Shown: positions 10,823-21,954 of the stretch, one piece after another
Position numbering within the stretch: position 1 is the stretch's first letter
Layout: every line of letters starts with the position of its first letter
DNA from: Fistulifera solaris
Taxonomy: Eukaryota
Assembly: GCA_030295235.1 (NCBI GenBank)
Contig: AP026155.1
Coordinates: forward strand, 682,001 to 707,671
Direction: 5' to 3'
Length of the DNA: 25,671 nucleotides
Position numbers and translations under genes: made by a program
The notes under the pieces: model-generated
Database searches by the model: none
The model's input: the letters and a program-made list of their open reading frames with translations, nothing else
What the model was told of the DNA's origin: nothing

Positions 10823-11263
10823 CTAGGCCACGTCGCGCATACTTCGCATGATCTCACGGCGAAACTCATTCTGAAGTCTCATGTGTTCCAACGTATCGAT
10901 TTCTAGTGTGAAACCTTGACCAATTTGATAACCATATCCCATGACATTGAGTAAAAGCCCACAGAAGGAAGCTACACCGACAAAAGTAAAGGCAAATGAT
11001 GTCAAGTCGAGTGCCCTTGAAATGACAAACTCGAAACTCTTTTTCAAGAAACTGGGTTTGTCATTCTCAACCGACATAGTCTTTACGTCTATTTCACCTT
11101 CATCACTTGATTCTTGTTTCTTTGCTCTCAGCGCAAGAAGAGAAGTTCTCATTGTGTTCATTTGACGAGGAGAGATGCAAACTTTCATGGGCATGCTGCT
11201 AGGAGTGAATCCGTTAACAGCATGAATCAAAAGTACGCAGAGCATCAAAACAATAATTCTCAT
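10823..11263 (-). CDS. Small hypothetical membrane protein with signal peptide + putative plastid transit peptide
   Basis: The signal MRIIVLMLCVLLIHAVNG-FTP has F at +1 (ASAFAP-like). It is followed by a Ser/Arg-rich transit-like region and one hydrophobic segment (FAFTFVGVASFCGLLLNVMGYGY). 146-aa intact ORF. Confidence 0.75.
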   Translation of the reverse strand: MRIIVLMLCVLLIHAVNGFTPSSMPMKVCISPRQMNTMRTSLLALRAKKQESSDEGEIDVKTMSVENDKPSFLKKSFEFVISRALDLTSFAFTFVGVASFCGLLLNVMGYGYQIGQGFTLEIDTLEHMRLQNEFRREIMRSMRDVA

Positions 11264-12118
11264 GATCCTTTGCTATTTTTGTTTTATAGGCAATGAAGTG
11301 CGAAACGGAATGAATGGATTCATTGCTTATCAGCATAGTTGTCGATCGACGCGTCAAAAAATAATCGAGTCAGTTCCGATTTCGTTTGCATCCCAGAATT
11401 TCTTTGAAGCTTCCGGGACTGCGTTTTGACTTGAGTCATGTGAGTGTCCAGCGCACAATATTGTGTATAGTCGAAATTTCTGCAATCAGTGATTCAGGAA
11501 ACGGAGCTTCTGAGAACTGGAAGCCGAAGAAAAATGCAAATGAACGTCAAATTTGCATTCTGACTTGAGGAAATTAGGAATTAGGAATAAATATCAGTAT
11601 ATTTATTTAATTCCGATAATAATAATAAAAGTAGTTCGATGATTCATGAAACGCATACACCAATGAGTTACAATGTTCAACAGCAGCAGACTTTATTATT
11701 GTTTGAACTAGGTAGGCTTTACTTCCTTGATACAGTTACCATAGGGAAGATTCTTTGATTGCAAATCAAGACATAGGTACGATAAATTCTCAGTTTTATT
11801 TATTATCCGGGACTGGTGTCAATGTGAGTCATGAGAAGATTCCGTGTACACTACAATAGATATTTGAATTAAATTTGTCCGTTGATAGACATTTGTGTAC
11901 TAAATACGACACTTTTGGTCGTTTCATAGTACGCCTCCAATGGCGCACCGCCAAATTGCGCGTCCGTTCGACACATTTGTGCAAGAACGAACAAAACGAT
12001 GATGGCAACAGGGCGGAGTTTTCTTCCCTTTAGCAGATTGATCTTCTTTTTGTTCTTTTATGATGTAACTGCGGGCTTATCGTGTCTTCTGGAAACAATT
12101 CAATCGTACAAATGAACA

Positions 12119-13540
12119 ATGAGCGTCACGATGGCGCTGCAGTTAGTCACTGAGAACGGCATTGTTGTAGATGCACATAGCCTTTCAGAACTGCTTCTAT
12201 ATTCCAGTAATCAGAATGGAAAGAAAGTTTGGATCAAAGATACGGACGTCTACATCAAATCGCAGCTTGACACTCAAGAAATAACGAGCGCGTGTATCTT
12301 ATCCATGCTTCTCATATCGGAAGAGCATCAACTCGAAGAATATCTTGCTATTATTGACCGTAATCCTCATCATCAACGTCATGTGGCAGCAGAGGCAGCA
12401 CGCATCTTTTCTCTATTCGACGCCGTTTACGAGAAAATTATTATTTTTGCCAGCAATCCACATTCGGCGTCGATTATAGCTTATTTTTCTGCCAAAGAGA
12501 TCCACCAGATGCTCCTTTCGAATGCATCACGTGAACATTGCTTTCATCGATGCTCGTTCACATCGGAGCAATCGGCGGCACTTTTTGACCACGACTTGCC
12601 GGTCAATCTCAAATTGGATCGCTGTTCCATAGACTCATCCGCCATGACGGAAGTACTCGCGCGAAAGAAAACGAAACATTCATTAGGAAAGTTGACGCTC
12701 GTCGGTAATGACGCTAGAGAGGACCGTTCCATGGAGTCGTTTTGGACCGCGCTTAATAAGTCACACGATGAACCGCTCTTTGATGAAATCACACTAAAGG
12801 GATATTTATTTCTATCGACAGATATGATTTATATAGCCGGGGCGAACACACGTTGCTTGGCGTTGACCTGCGACTGTGTAATCGACGACGCCGCATGCGA
12901 TTTGCTCGTGGATGCGGTCGAGACCGGTTCTCTCAAGGCTACATCGCTAAAGCTGTATGATAGCAATCCACAACAACGTCTAGACGAGCGCGACAATCAT
13001 TGGAGTCACCGAGTCCTTCAAGCGATTGGTTGCAGGAACTGCACTGTAGAAGAACTTTTTCTGGGGAGCTATGAAGGTGATGACTACGTGGACGTGGAAT
13101 TTGCATCAATATTAGAGATTCTCAAGAGCAATATTCATCTTCGACACATACACTTATCGACTACACCGTTACATTGTCATAAAGAATGTTGGAGAACACT
13201 TCTGGATACTCTTTCGTGTCACCAGTCGTTGAAACAAGTTACTCTTCGTCCCCCTTTGGAAACAGTGCCGGCGGGATGGAAAAATGAATTAGAACAACGT
13301 TTATTCGCAAGGAATCAGGACATTCGCATTGCAGTCAAAGCTCACCAGACACTAAACACTCTCGAAATGGCGCATCTATGGCAGGAAACGTGCGATACAG
13401 CCCGATTGAGCGGAACTTGTCGCATTGCAGATCACGGGGCTCGTTCCTATATTCTCACTTCACTTTTGGAACTGCACAGCAACAGATACGGGCTACTTTT
13501 CTCGTTACTCCAGAGAAATCAAGATCTATTTTGCCTATGA
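12119..13540 (+). CDS. Hypothetical protein, possibly degenerate RNI-like/leucine-rich repeat
   Basis: Intact 473-aa ORF with LxxLxL-like segments (LGKLTL, VEELFL, LRHIHL, LKQVTL). No catalytic motif recognised. Confidence 0.7.
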   Translation: MSVTMALQLVTENGIVVDAHSLSELLLYSSNQNGKKVWIKDTDVYIKSQLDTQEITSACILSMLLISEEHQLEEYLAIIDRNPHHQRHVAAEAARIFSLFDAVYEKIIIFASNPHSASIIAYFSAKEIHQMLLSNASREHCFHRCSFTSEQSAALFDHDLPVNLKLDRCSIDSSAMTEVLARKKTKHSLGKLTLVGNDAREDRSMESFWTALNKSHDEPLFDEITLKGYLFLSTDMIYIAGANTRCLALTCDCVIDDAACDLLVDAVETGSLKATSLKLYDSNPQQRLDERDNHWSHRVLQAIGCRNCTVEELFLGSYEGDDYVDVEFASILEILKSNIHLRHIHLSTTPLHCHKECWRTLLDTLSCHQSLKQVTLRPPLETVPAGWKNELEQRLFARNQDIRIAVKAHQTLNTLEMAHLWQETCDTARLSGTCRIADHGARSYILTSLLELHSNRYGLLFSLLQRNQDLFCL

Positions 13541-13810
13541 CGGAGGGATTCCAACGTCAAATTAAGGTTCTGTGTTTAATTTTGTGTTAAAAGTATCTAG
13601 CTCTTTGAGTGGGATTCATGTTTCTGCTTATTAAGGTTAGCTATCACCGCAAACTTAAAAATAATCCAAGGTACCCGTGTCGTTAAACGTTGTGTGAATG
13701 AGTATTATTCCATTTGAAAACTAGACTGAAGATCAGAGACCAGTAACTGCTGAGATAAAGAATGTATATAAGATATAAGTAAACGAGATAAGTTATTGCC
13801 TAGAATATCA

Positions 13811-14154
13811 ATGATCACATCATGATCACTGGTCACGATCATTGATCTTGTTCACAGTGCTTATCACGTTATCACGATGAGTCACGAACAAGCGACGAAG
13901 GCAAAGGGTGACGAAAACGTAAAACTTCAATTGGCGGCATTGATGTTCAATCTTTTTACTATTAACTGGTTACACACGAAAAGCGCATCTTGTCGTTCTG
14001 TCGTTCCCAGTTCCGAAATAACAGATTTGCTACAGACAACAGACATCGATCGACGAACCTCATACATTTTCAGTTTTCAGCAAAAGGACAAGGGACTAAA
14101 GGACTAAAGGACTAAGGATCAAGGTTCAAGCGCAAGAGTCAAGATACAAGATAC
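13811..14154. repeat. TCAC-motif cluster and short tandem duplications
   Basis: Repeated GATCAC/ATCACG/GTCACG at about 13811-13886, GGACTAAA x about 3 (14093-14115), CAAGATA x2 (14140-14154). Confidence 0.7.
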
Positions 14155-14926
14155 GGAATGTCTAAAGTTCAACTGCAATAGCTTGGAAGCGAAGAATTTA
14201 AGAGAAGAGTTCGCGTCGTTCCTCGCAGCTCGCAGCTATAAGCGGAACGTTTCCGATGGATTCGCCTCTTACGTTGAGGGAACGACGGAACGACAAACCA
14301 GTGGAAATTTGACTCGAGGATCAAGTGTAAATCCAGAAGTACCAGGTACTTGTACGTGGTGCGAGTGTGCCTCGCGCCTCGCCCCTTGCTGCCCGCCGCC
14401 AGCCGCCTGCCTCGCCGCATGCACAAGTTCGATCATTGTAGATTGTAGGATGTAAAGACGCTCATATTTGAAAGAACGCTAAAAACAGTAGACTGCCAAA
14501 AAATGTTCGTTGCTGTAATTTTGTTGGTCCATCGACCAATGGATTATATATTGAACACTGATAACGTTAGGTATTTTCCGACTAAACTTGACAACGATGT
14601 TCTCTCAAGCTTACACTTTCAACATCCGTCATTTTATCAACTGGGACCTGCCATCTTGCTTCGGGTCCACGTGGCCGCATAACGATCTGTGCAGAATCAT
14701 GTGGTTGCGGTTCCACGACGTTCCACGCACTTTAGGGCTCTATAGTAAACCGTAAACATTATTACACGACATTCATTTTGAACTCCGGACAGGAGCTTGT
14801 TAGTTCAACGTTCAACCTTTTATCTTCATCTTCATCTGTGCTCCTTCCCTCCTCTCTTTCCTCCTCCCACTTATGTGTTTTTCTGTTCTCGACTCTCGAC
14901 CAACATTTAACAAGACACCAAGTAAA

Positions 14927-16200
14927 ATGAATCCTTCTGAATCGTCTCGTCAAAGTCGCATTCCCTTTACACTGCAAGCTGTATTTCTAGCCTCAAATCG
15001 CGGTAATGAAGTGCACAAGCCTCCTCCCGAGAAAGTCGCGAGCAAAGTGTTTTTTCGTAACTGGTTGTTTCAACGACAATCGAACTCGGCAAATAAGCGC
15101 AAAAGCCTGTTTTCTCTATCAAAGCAGGATGTAAAGCAAGAAGAAAAAGGCAGTTGTTGAGAGGAGAAATAGCTCAGGAAGCGGCAATGTAAGTTGTACC
15201 AACAGCTTGAAGGAAATCTTGTTGCTCATTCGTCTCTGACACTTCAATGGCCCCTTCATTCAGCTAATGGACCCACAGGTGTATTTGGATGCTATGCTAC
15301 GATCGAGAGGCTATTCAACGAAGCGATACGAAAGTTTGAAAACTTCTTATCACAACAAGCCGACAGCCCATCAGTTGGCATCGTACGATGTCTTCTTGAT
15401 CGGTCTAGTGAGAAAACATGAGGTCGAGCAGTTTCAGGAAATTATGCAAACGGGCATTAGCTCCAATCCCTGTAACCAATACAGTGAAACCATTGCTCAC
15501 ACTGTATGTCGACATGGAAGTAAGGCTATGCTGGATGTTCTGGTAGAACGAGGCTGTGACTTGCAAGTGGCGGATGATTACGGAAGGTGCGTAGAATTGA
15601 AGGGAAAATCGAGGGTTTTTTTTTAAAATTTACCGCTAATTACTTACAAGCGCTTTCTTTTGATTCAACAGAACGCCATTACACGATGCTTGCTGGGCGG
15701 CAACACCATCTCTTGATGTTGTGGAAATCATCTTGAAGACTGATGTACGAATGCTTCACATGATCGATGCGCGCGGCCATTGCCCTCTCAACTATGTGCG
15801 CAAGGAGCACTACGATCAATGGATCAAATTCTTTGAAAGTAAAAAAGATGAGTTCTGGCCAAAGCGATCCATTTCAAAAGATGGAGAGCAGGGACCTCCC
15901 CAAGCGGCGTTGGATGGGCCGAACTCCAAAAAGTTATGTGAACCACCAGGCTCCTTACCGAATGAAATGGCACGCATGGTTTCTAGTGGTCGCATGACAC
16001 CCGAAGAAACGCGACTTCTTATGCCCGACGAAGAGACCCAAGAGACATGGGATGACTCGGACTTTGATTCCGAAGAGGATGACTACGATAGCGAATACGA
16101 CAGTGATGAAGACGATGATGATTACTCTCTAGATGATGAAGATTTTGAAGAAGAAATGGGCGCTCTTCTGAGCGCGCTACCGAGTATCGCTATCCGTTAA
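14927..16200 (+). CDS. Ankyrin-repeat protein, paralog 2, with very acidic C-terminal tail; exons about 14927-15188, 15264-15586, 15672-16200; apparent frameshift at about 15144-15148
   Basis: Introns 15189-15263 (GTAAGT...TTCAG) and 15587-15671 (GTGCGT...AACAG); the second restores DDYGR|TPLHDACW. Shares PQxYLDxxLxxRGY, YxNxPTxxQxASY and NPCN motifs with paralog 1. The 5' exon is less certain; an alternative start is the ATG at 15267. Confidence 0.85.
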
Positions 16201-16322
16201 CAAGCCACGGTACTAGCGTGCACAAGGGGCGAATTACAAGTAAACTTATGAGCAATCGACATGAACCAGGCATTGTTAAACCCCTTACTTCACTTTCATC
16301 TTCATCGGTTCGTTTTGGTTAT

Positions 16323-17944
16323 CTACTTAGATTCCGAGTACTTTTTCACGGCCTTGCCAAACTTTTCGAGTGCCTCGTCTATCTCCACTCTGCTGATGAT
16401 CAAAGGCGGAACAAAACGAGCAACGTTGGGACCAGCAGCGACGAGCAGTAGACCTTCATCCATAGCAGCTTGTACAAGCGGTCCAGCGAGATCTTTCGTT
16501 TCCACTCCTTTGAGCAAACCCCAACCGCGGACGTCACCTAGTACAGCAGGGTATTGTTTGGCAAGTTGTTCAAGGCCGGCGCTGAGTTGTGCTCCACGCT
16601 CTCGCACATTATTCAAAACATCATGATCACAAAGGTACTTGGCGACAGCAAGTCCAGCAGCGCAAGCCAATGGATTTCCTCCCTGAAGAGATCACAAAAA
16701 AGTTAGTGTCAGCAGTTTAACCAGTTCATCGTGCCAGAAGCCAATCGTGACTCACATAAGTAGAAGCATGATCACCAGGACCGAATACATCGGCAGCTTT
16801 GGCATTGGCCATCATGGCACCGATGGGCACACCTCCTCCCAATGCTTTCGCCGAAGTGAAAATATCCGGTTCAACGGGCAGATTCTGATAACCCCACAAA
16901 CGTCCGCTACGTCCCATACCAACTTGGACTTCATCACAAATCATGAGAGCCCCAGTTTCATCACACAATTCGCGAATGCGGGTAAAAAAGGCATCGTTGC
17001 CCGGAATGATTCCACCTTCACCCTGAAGTGCTTCCATCATAATAGCAGCCAAGCCTCGATCTGAATTTTGAATCTCTTTGACTTTCTTTTCTAGCTCTTC
17101 CACATTGTTGTAGGTAATGTACTCGAAACCAGGAACCATTTGGCCACCATATCCAAAGCCTTTCTGATATTTAGGCTGGCCGGTTGCGGTGATTGTGGTC
17201 AAAGTTCGTCCGTGGAAAGACTGGTGTGCTGTGATTATCACCGGCTTTTCTATCCCTCGGTTATGGGCGTGCTTTCGTGCGCATTTGATGGCTGCTTCGT
17301 TGGCTTCGGCACCCGAGTTGCAAAGAAAACCTTTTCTGCACAAGAATTGGCTGTCAACCAATCCGCGAGAGCCGCCTGAGCTGGGATAAGGTACAGATTC
17401 GACACGTGATGACACTCCTGCATTTGTTTGTGAACTGCATCCGTCAAAGCCTCATTGTTGTGTCCCAAAGCACAGGTGGCGATTCCACTGACACAATCCA
17501 AATACTCGTTTCCGTCGGTCGTAAACAAGCGACATCCTTCACCCTTAGCGATGGTGAGAGGATAACGCCTGTAAGTGGTCGAAAAAAGCAAGAAACATGA
17601 TAGTGAAAATCAAGATATGAGTAAAAGAATAAAATCATCGTTCAAGGAAAATGTGTCCAAGAGTATGCAGCACAGCAAGAAGTCATAACATCACAAAACA
17701 TCGAATTTCCGCTCGGAATTTTATTCCTAGCACACATTCGAACCTACCCGTAGGTCTTTTGCACGTGACTTTCGTAGCTTTTCGCCGTAGCGTCTTGCTC
17801 TTTCATCATATCTGCAGTAGATCGCGGAGGAACCAATTCGATCTTTTCGACGGTCGCCGACAGCGACGACACCGTTCGTGATTGCGAAGGCGCAACGAAA
17901 GCATGCGCTCCCGTTAGAAGCAACAATGCAACAGAGAGTTTCAT
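16323..17944 (-). CDS. argD: Acetylornithine aminotransferase (class III PLP enzyme), plastid-targeted; exons 17944-17748, 17568-16756, 16682-16323; 1-nt frameshift at 17322-17324
   Basis: Motifs: TYG|RYPL, YLDCVSGIATCALGH, VFFCNSGAEANEAAIK (after adding one T), SFHGRT, EALQGEGG, DEVQVGMGRSG, PDIFTSAKALGGGVPIGA (PLP Lys), HASTY|GGNPLA, RFVPPL. Introns 17747-17569 and 16755-16683 are GT..AG. Presequence MKLSVALLLLTGAHA-FVAP. Confidence 0.93.
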
Positions 17945-18828
17945 AGTTACGGAAAGATATGTAATAGAGGGGAAAACGTAATGAATTGTCGATAACGAGA
18001 TGTATTTTGTTTCAATCGCAAAAGCGAAGAATTCTCAGACAAAAGCAGAAATTGCAGAGACATGCGGCAAGATGCGAGATCCCAACGATCCGATCCAACG
18101 AATACCGTTTAGTGCAAGTACACAAAAGACGAAAGTGTTCTCTTTTCGCTTCCGCTGAGTTTGTGGAGATTTCTGCGCCTTTCAATGCGCGTGGTGTTTG
18201 CCCGTCGACCGGTGGCTGTGTGCATTTTGGCCACGACTGAATTTTAGTCATGATCGCAAACGTCCCGACCCAGACCGCCGCCTAATCTCCATTCAATCTC
18301 TTAATTCCCTGCGCGAAATGGGTCCCTATTACGATGCAAACATTGTCAGCGATATTCATACGCACCTTTACATTGTTTATGTTTGGAATCCTTCAAAAGA
18401 TATTGTATACTGTATCACTATATAGACTTTAAATGTATGCGACCTTTCAAAACGACCTCAATCCAGTCATGATTCGCGAATTATGGCTAATGACTAATGA
18501 AACACTCCCTTCACCAACACTAGTATTATGGTATGCGAAACAAAAAATAAAGACTATGCCGATCGTAAATGTCATGAAAAGTGTGCCATTATTTTTATTG
18601 CTGCTTTTGGGAAAATTGCTTGCCCGTTAGCCGGCTTCCCTCAATTCAATTAACCTTACTAGCAATGACAACATCTTTACTTTGCTCTGAAACACGGGTT
18701 TTTATCAAATGAACAAATGCTTTAGACCTTTCTATGTCAAAATCATTGGTCTTATTGACAATCTCATTTCGCACGAGCCGTTATCTTCTTTCATTAACTA
18801 CCAGGTATATTGCGTGCCAGGCAGTGCA

Positions 18829-20061
18829 TCATCTCTTACGACCCGAACTGCACTGGACCAAACTTCGAGTCTTTGCAAATTCATAAAGTTCTATATCCAT
18901 ACTATTCTTGGCAACGAGGAAGTCGTACACTTCTGCTTCTGGGATTCTTTCACGCGCACTCGCCTGATTCTTCTTTTGTGGTAACGCGATTTGCAAGCCG
19001 AGCAGATCCGCTACTGCTTCTAAACCCTCTTCTAAGCACTCCATATCGAGAATAATACTAAATCGCTCCAATAAAGCCTTTGCTTGCTCTAGAAACTTTT
19101 TTGGTGTATGACTTCCACGACAGCATTCGCTCGATGTAAGTGCGCGTAAAGCAAAGTTATCCGTATAAGGCGATCGAGCAAAGGCCCACCACTGAGAATG
19201 GGCTTGATCGGGATTGATACGTGCACCAAAAACTGCTGGCCATAGTTCGGCTCCTTTTTTGTCGTAGGCCAGCATGCGAGTCATGGGATCGCGCGCCACA
19301 TAAATACTTAGCACAGAGGAATGTTCCCAATTCGTATCACTCAAAGTAACCTGACCCGGGGGATGATTGAATTTCCACGAAATTAAGTCAAATTGTGACC
19401 GAACGACTGCAGCATTGGCGGCGGTATCACGATGAAGCCATGGATAGTAATAGGGATAACTCGGATCAGGAAGATCTTTTAACTGCCAGCAATCCGGTCC
19501 AGGCGTATAATTGCCCAAGACGGTGCATATAGCATGCCCTGCGTGATATTCTACTTCAATGTGAATTATCAAAGCATCTCGTTGCCGATACGCACGAATT
19601 TGTTCGGCCGCTGTTGCCGAAACATTGTATTGTCGATTGGATATTCCCCGTAAAGAGGTATCTTGGGGTTGATGCAAGTCATACACTAAAGGACTCTCCG
19701 CTTTGTTTATATCGCTGACTGTATCAACCTCATTTGAGTTTCCTAAAAGTTGTCCAGGATCGAAACGTCTTCCTGCATAAGCGATACCCAGTCCCATTGC
19801 CAACAATAAAAATGGCAACATGAGCAAAGCCCAACTCACTGGAGAGAGAGGCGCAAGACCGTCAATGGATGAATTCTCCGAGTTTTCATCATCGTCGTCA
19901 TTGCTGTCAGGTTTGTCAGAAACCTCGTCACTTTCGCTGAAATCTGCAAAGAGCTCGGATCGCAGCGGAGCCGGAGGATCGCGAAGCCTTTTCGAATGAG
20001 GTAATTGATCTATCATTTCCAGATCCTTCTCGTCAATCGTCGTAGCGAATTTCGACGTCAT
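18829..20061 (-). CDS. Type II membrane protein with sulfotransferase-like fold (degenerate PAPS-binding motifs)
   Basis: Acidic N-terminus and a single TM segment (WALLMLPFLLLAMGLGIAYA). 3'-PB-like YVARDPMTRMLA, C-terminal N..DIELYEFAK typical of Golgi sulfotransferase-like proteins, and a 5'-PSB-like region HIEVEYHAGHAIC. Confidence 0.65.
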   Translation of the reverse strand: MTSKFATTIDEKDLEMIDQLPHSKRLRDPPAPLRSELFADFSESDEVSDKPDSNDDDDENSENSSIDGLAPLSPVSWALLMLPFLLLAMGLGIAYAGRRFDPGQLLGNSNEVDTVSDINKAESPLVYDLHQPQDTSLRGISNRQYNVSATAAEQIRAYRQRDALIIHIEVEYHAGHAICTVLGNYTPGPDCWQLKDLPDPSYPYYYPWLHRDTAANAAVVRSQFDLISWKFNHPPGQVTLSDTNWEHSSVLSIYVARDPMTRMLAYDKKGAELWPAVFGARINPDQAHSQWWAFARSPYTDNFALRALTSSECCRGSHTPKKFLEQAKALLERFSIILDMECLEEGLEAVADLLGLQIALPQKKNQASARERIPEAEVYDFLVAKNSMDIELYEFAKTRSLVQCSSGRKR

Positions 20062-20359
20062 GGCTAAAGATTGTTATGCACGTGTTAATTATCTGTATTC
20101 TTCCTTCGTTTGTATTGTTACTGAAACTAAATGAAAAGAAAAGAAATGAAATGATCACTTGAAATAAATGCAGCAAAGAAAGCTGTGCGCGGTCCTTGGT
20201 GGAACCTATAGCACAGTGCAGCTATGCAGTCACAACACACAACGGTTAACGCAACGGAAACTCAGGAACTTTTTTTTAAGACGCTCGGGAATGAGTTAGG
20301 GACTGAACTCACAACGGATGCATGACAGTCGGCACTCAGAGAGCTTACTACTACGTAAC

Positions 20360-20375
20360 TACTACGTACGTAGTA
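20360..20375. promoter_or_regulatory. Perfect 16-bp palindrome TACTACGTACGTAGTA with TACGTA (ACGT-core) motifs in a divergent promoter
   Basis: The palindrome is seen directly, with an additional ACTACTACGTA copy immediately upstream. A regulatory role is inferred. Confidence 0.35.
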
Positions 20376-20500
20376 ACGACTTTACAAACTACAAGCTCTG
20401 GTAAAACCTGAACTCTGACGAAGATCGAGCCGTCGTCGCGTAAGACAAAAAATAAGTCGTCATCCATCATCCATCCACAAAACAATACGGAGAAATAGAT

Positions 20501-21436
20501 ATGAAGCCAATCAATGTTGCTACAAGCTTTGTAGCATTATGTTATCCGGTCGCAAGCTTAATTTTAACTGCGAACCTTTCTCGTCGCGTCGTCCTAGAGC
20601 GTGCCGTTACAACAAGCGGCATTGTTTGGACGACACCATTTTACAACGCTGCAGCAAGTGCAATTGATGAATTGACGCTCAACTCACGGTTTGAATCCAA
20701 AATTCTCTTTCAACCCCCATTAATGACAAGCAGCAGTGAAAGTAATAGAGTCGATAATACTTATTATCCTTCTTGGTTAGCAGGAACATGGAATGTTACA
20801 CAAACGCTTGTCAATGTCGAAGCTCCGTTGGGTCCTTCGTATGCCGGCGGGCCGAGCGGTGTAGAGTCCATAGGAAAACAATCACTACAGGAATCTGCAA
20901 AACAATTGAGCATTCCAGTTTACTTGACGTTGAGATTCGTGAGGACTCCTTGGGGCGTCGCTGAAGATCGACTGCTTAACACAGCACAACGCTTAAATGC
21001 ATTTGCAGGACGTGTCGTTGTGGCTTCTGTCGACTACGCCAATGTGAGCGTTTCCAATCGAGCCAGCGTTCTAGCCAATGGAGGAACGGAAGAAACTCCG
21101 CTTCAAACGACTGTCGTTCGATTCAAAGGACCGGCAGCACAAAAGTCATTTCTGATGAGTCATAATCCGCCTCCTGATGATGACTTACCGGATTCCTGGT
21201 GTGGCTTTGAAGTGCAGCGATCCATTTTCTCGCTCACAAACACGAACACGGCGCCACCAATAACTACAGACACAGAATACTTGTGGAGTTTGCGGCTCGA
21301 TAGATCCAGCAATACAGTGATGGGTAAGTTGCGAATAGCGGGCTACCTGAACCCAACGGATCGGCTATATTTTGATGCTAAAAAGCGAGCTGTAACATTA
21401 CAAGACTACACATTGAACATGAGGAATGTAAAATGA
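20501..21436 (+). CDS. DUF6816-like protein of photosynthetic organisms, putative plastid/thylakoid-lumen targeted
   Basis: YPSWLAGTWNVTQTL motif recalled from this family. N-terminal hydrophobic signal, then a twin-Arg SRRVVL and an AASA cleavage-like motif. Intact 311-aa ORF. Confidence 0.7.
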   Translation: MKPINVATSFVALCYPVASLILTANLSRRVVLERAVTTSGIVWTTPFYNAAASAIDELTLNSRFESKILFQPPLMTSSSESNRVDNTYYPSWLAGTWNVTQTLVNVEAPLGPSYAGGPSGVESIGKQSLQESAKQLSIPVYLTLRFVRTPWGVAEDRLLNTAQRLNAFAGRVVVASVDYANVSVSNRASVLANGGTEETPLQTTVVRFKGPAAQKSFLMSHNPPPDDDLPDSWCGFEVQRSIFSLTNTNTAPPITTDTEYLWSLRLDRSSNTVMGKLRIAGYLNPTDRLYFDAKKRAVTLQDYTLNMRNVK

Positions 21437-21954
21437 ATTAAAGAAACACATTGCAATTATTTGTCGACTTGCTTGTTCGACTCCCGACGAGCCGTTCGTC
21501 GTAGCATCTATCCTATCCTTCTTGGTCGACTTAATGCCAGAATGGATAAAAATAAAATTCAAACCAAGTGGCCTCAGGCTTAACATTGTTCAAGTACATA
21601 TCATTTTTGATTTCTTCAAAGGGAAGCCGGAACGGATTTTGGTCTTTGAAAGGTTCACTTTTCCAAAATAAAATTCCTACTGCAATCCAGTCTTTCCAAG
21701 AATCGGCTCAGCAATTTCGGGGAACATGTTGCCGAAACTTCAGTACGGTTTCGGCCAAAGAATTTCGCACTATAAATTAAGAAGTATTCAATGACTTATG
21801 CCTAAAGTGTAACTGTCCAGCATAATGACAGCGCCATATTGATTAACGGCACTCCGTCCACGCAAGTCTCATCCCTCATATTTTGAAAACTTAGTCCGAT
21901 CGACTCTATTTCCAACCTCGAACATTGACGACGCTGCAGGGGAGAAAGAAAACA

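Noticed and set aside
11570..11900. Low-GC centromere-like region
   Set aside because: It is short, only moderately AT-rich and close to the telomere, so it cannot be supported from sequence alone.
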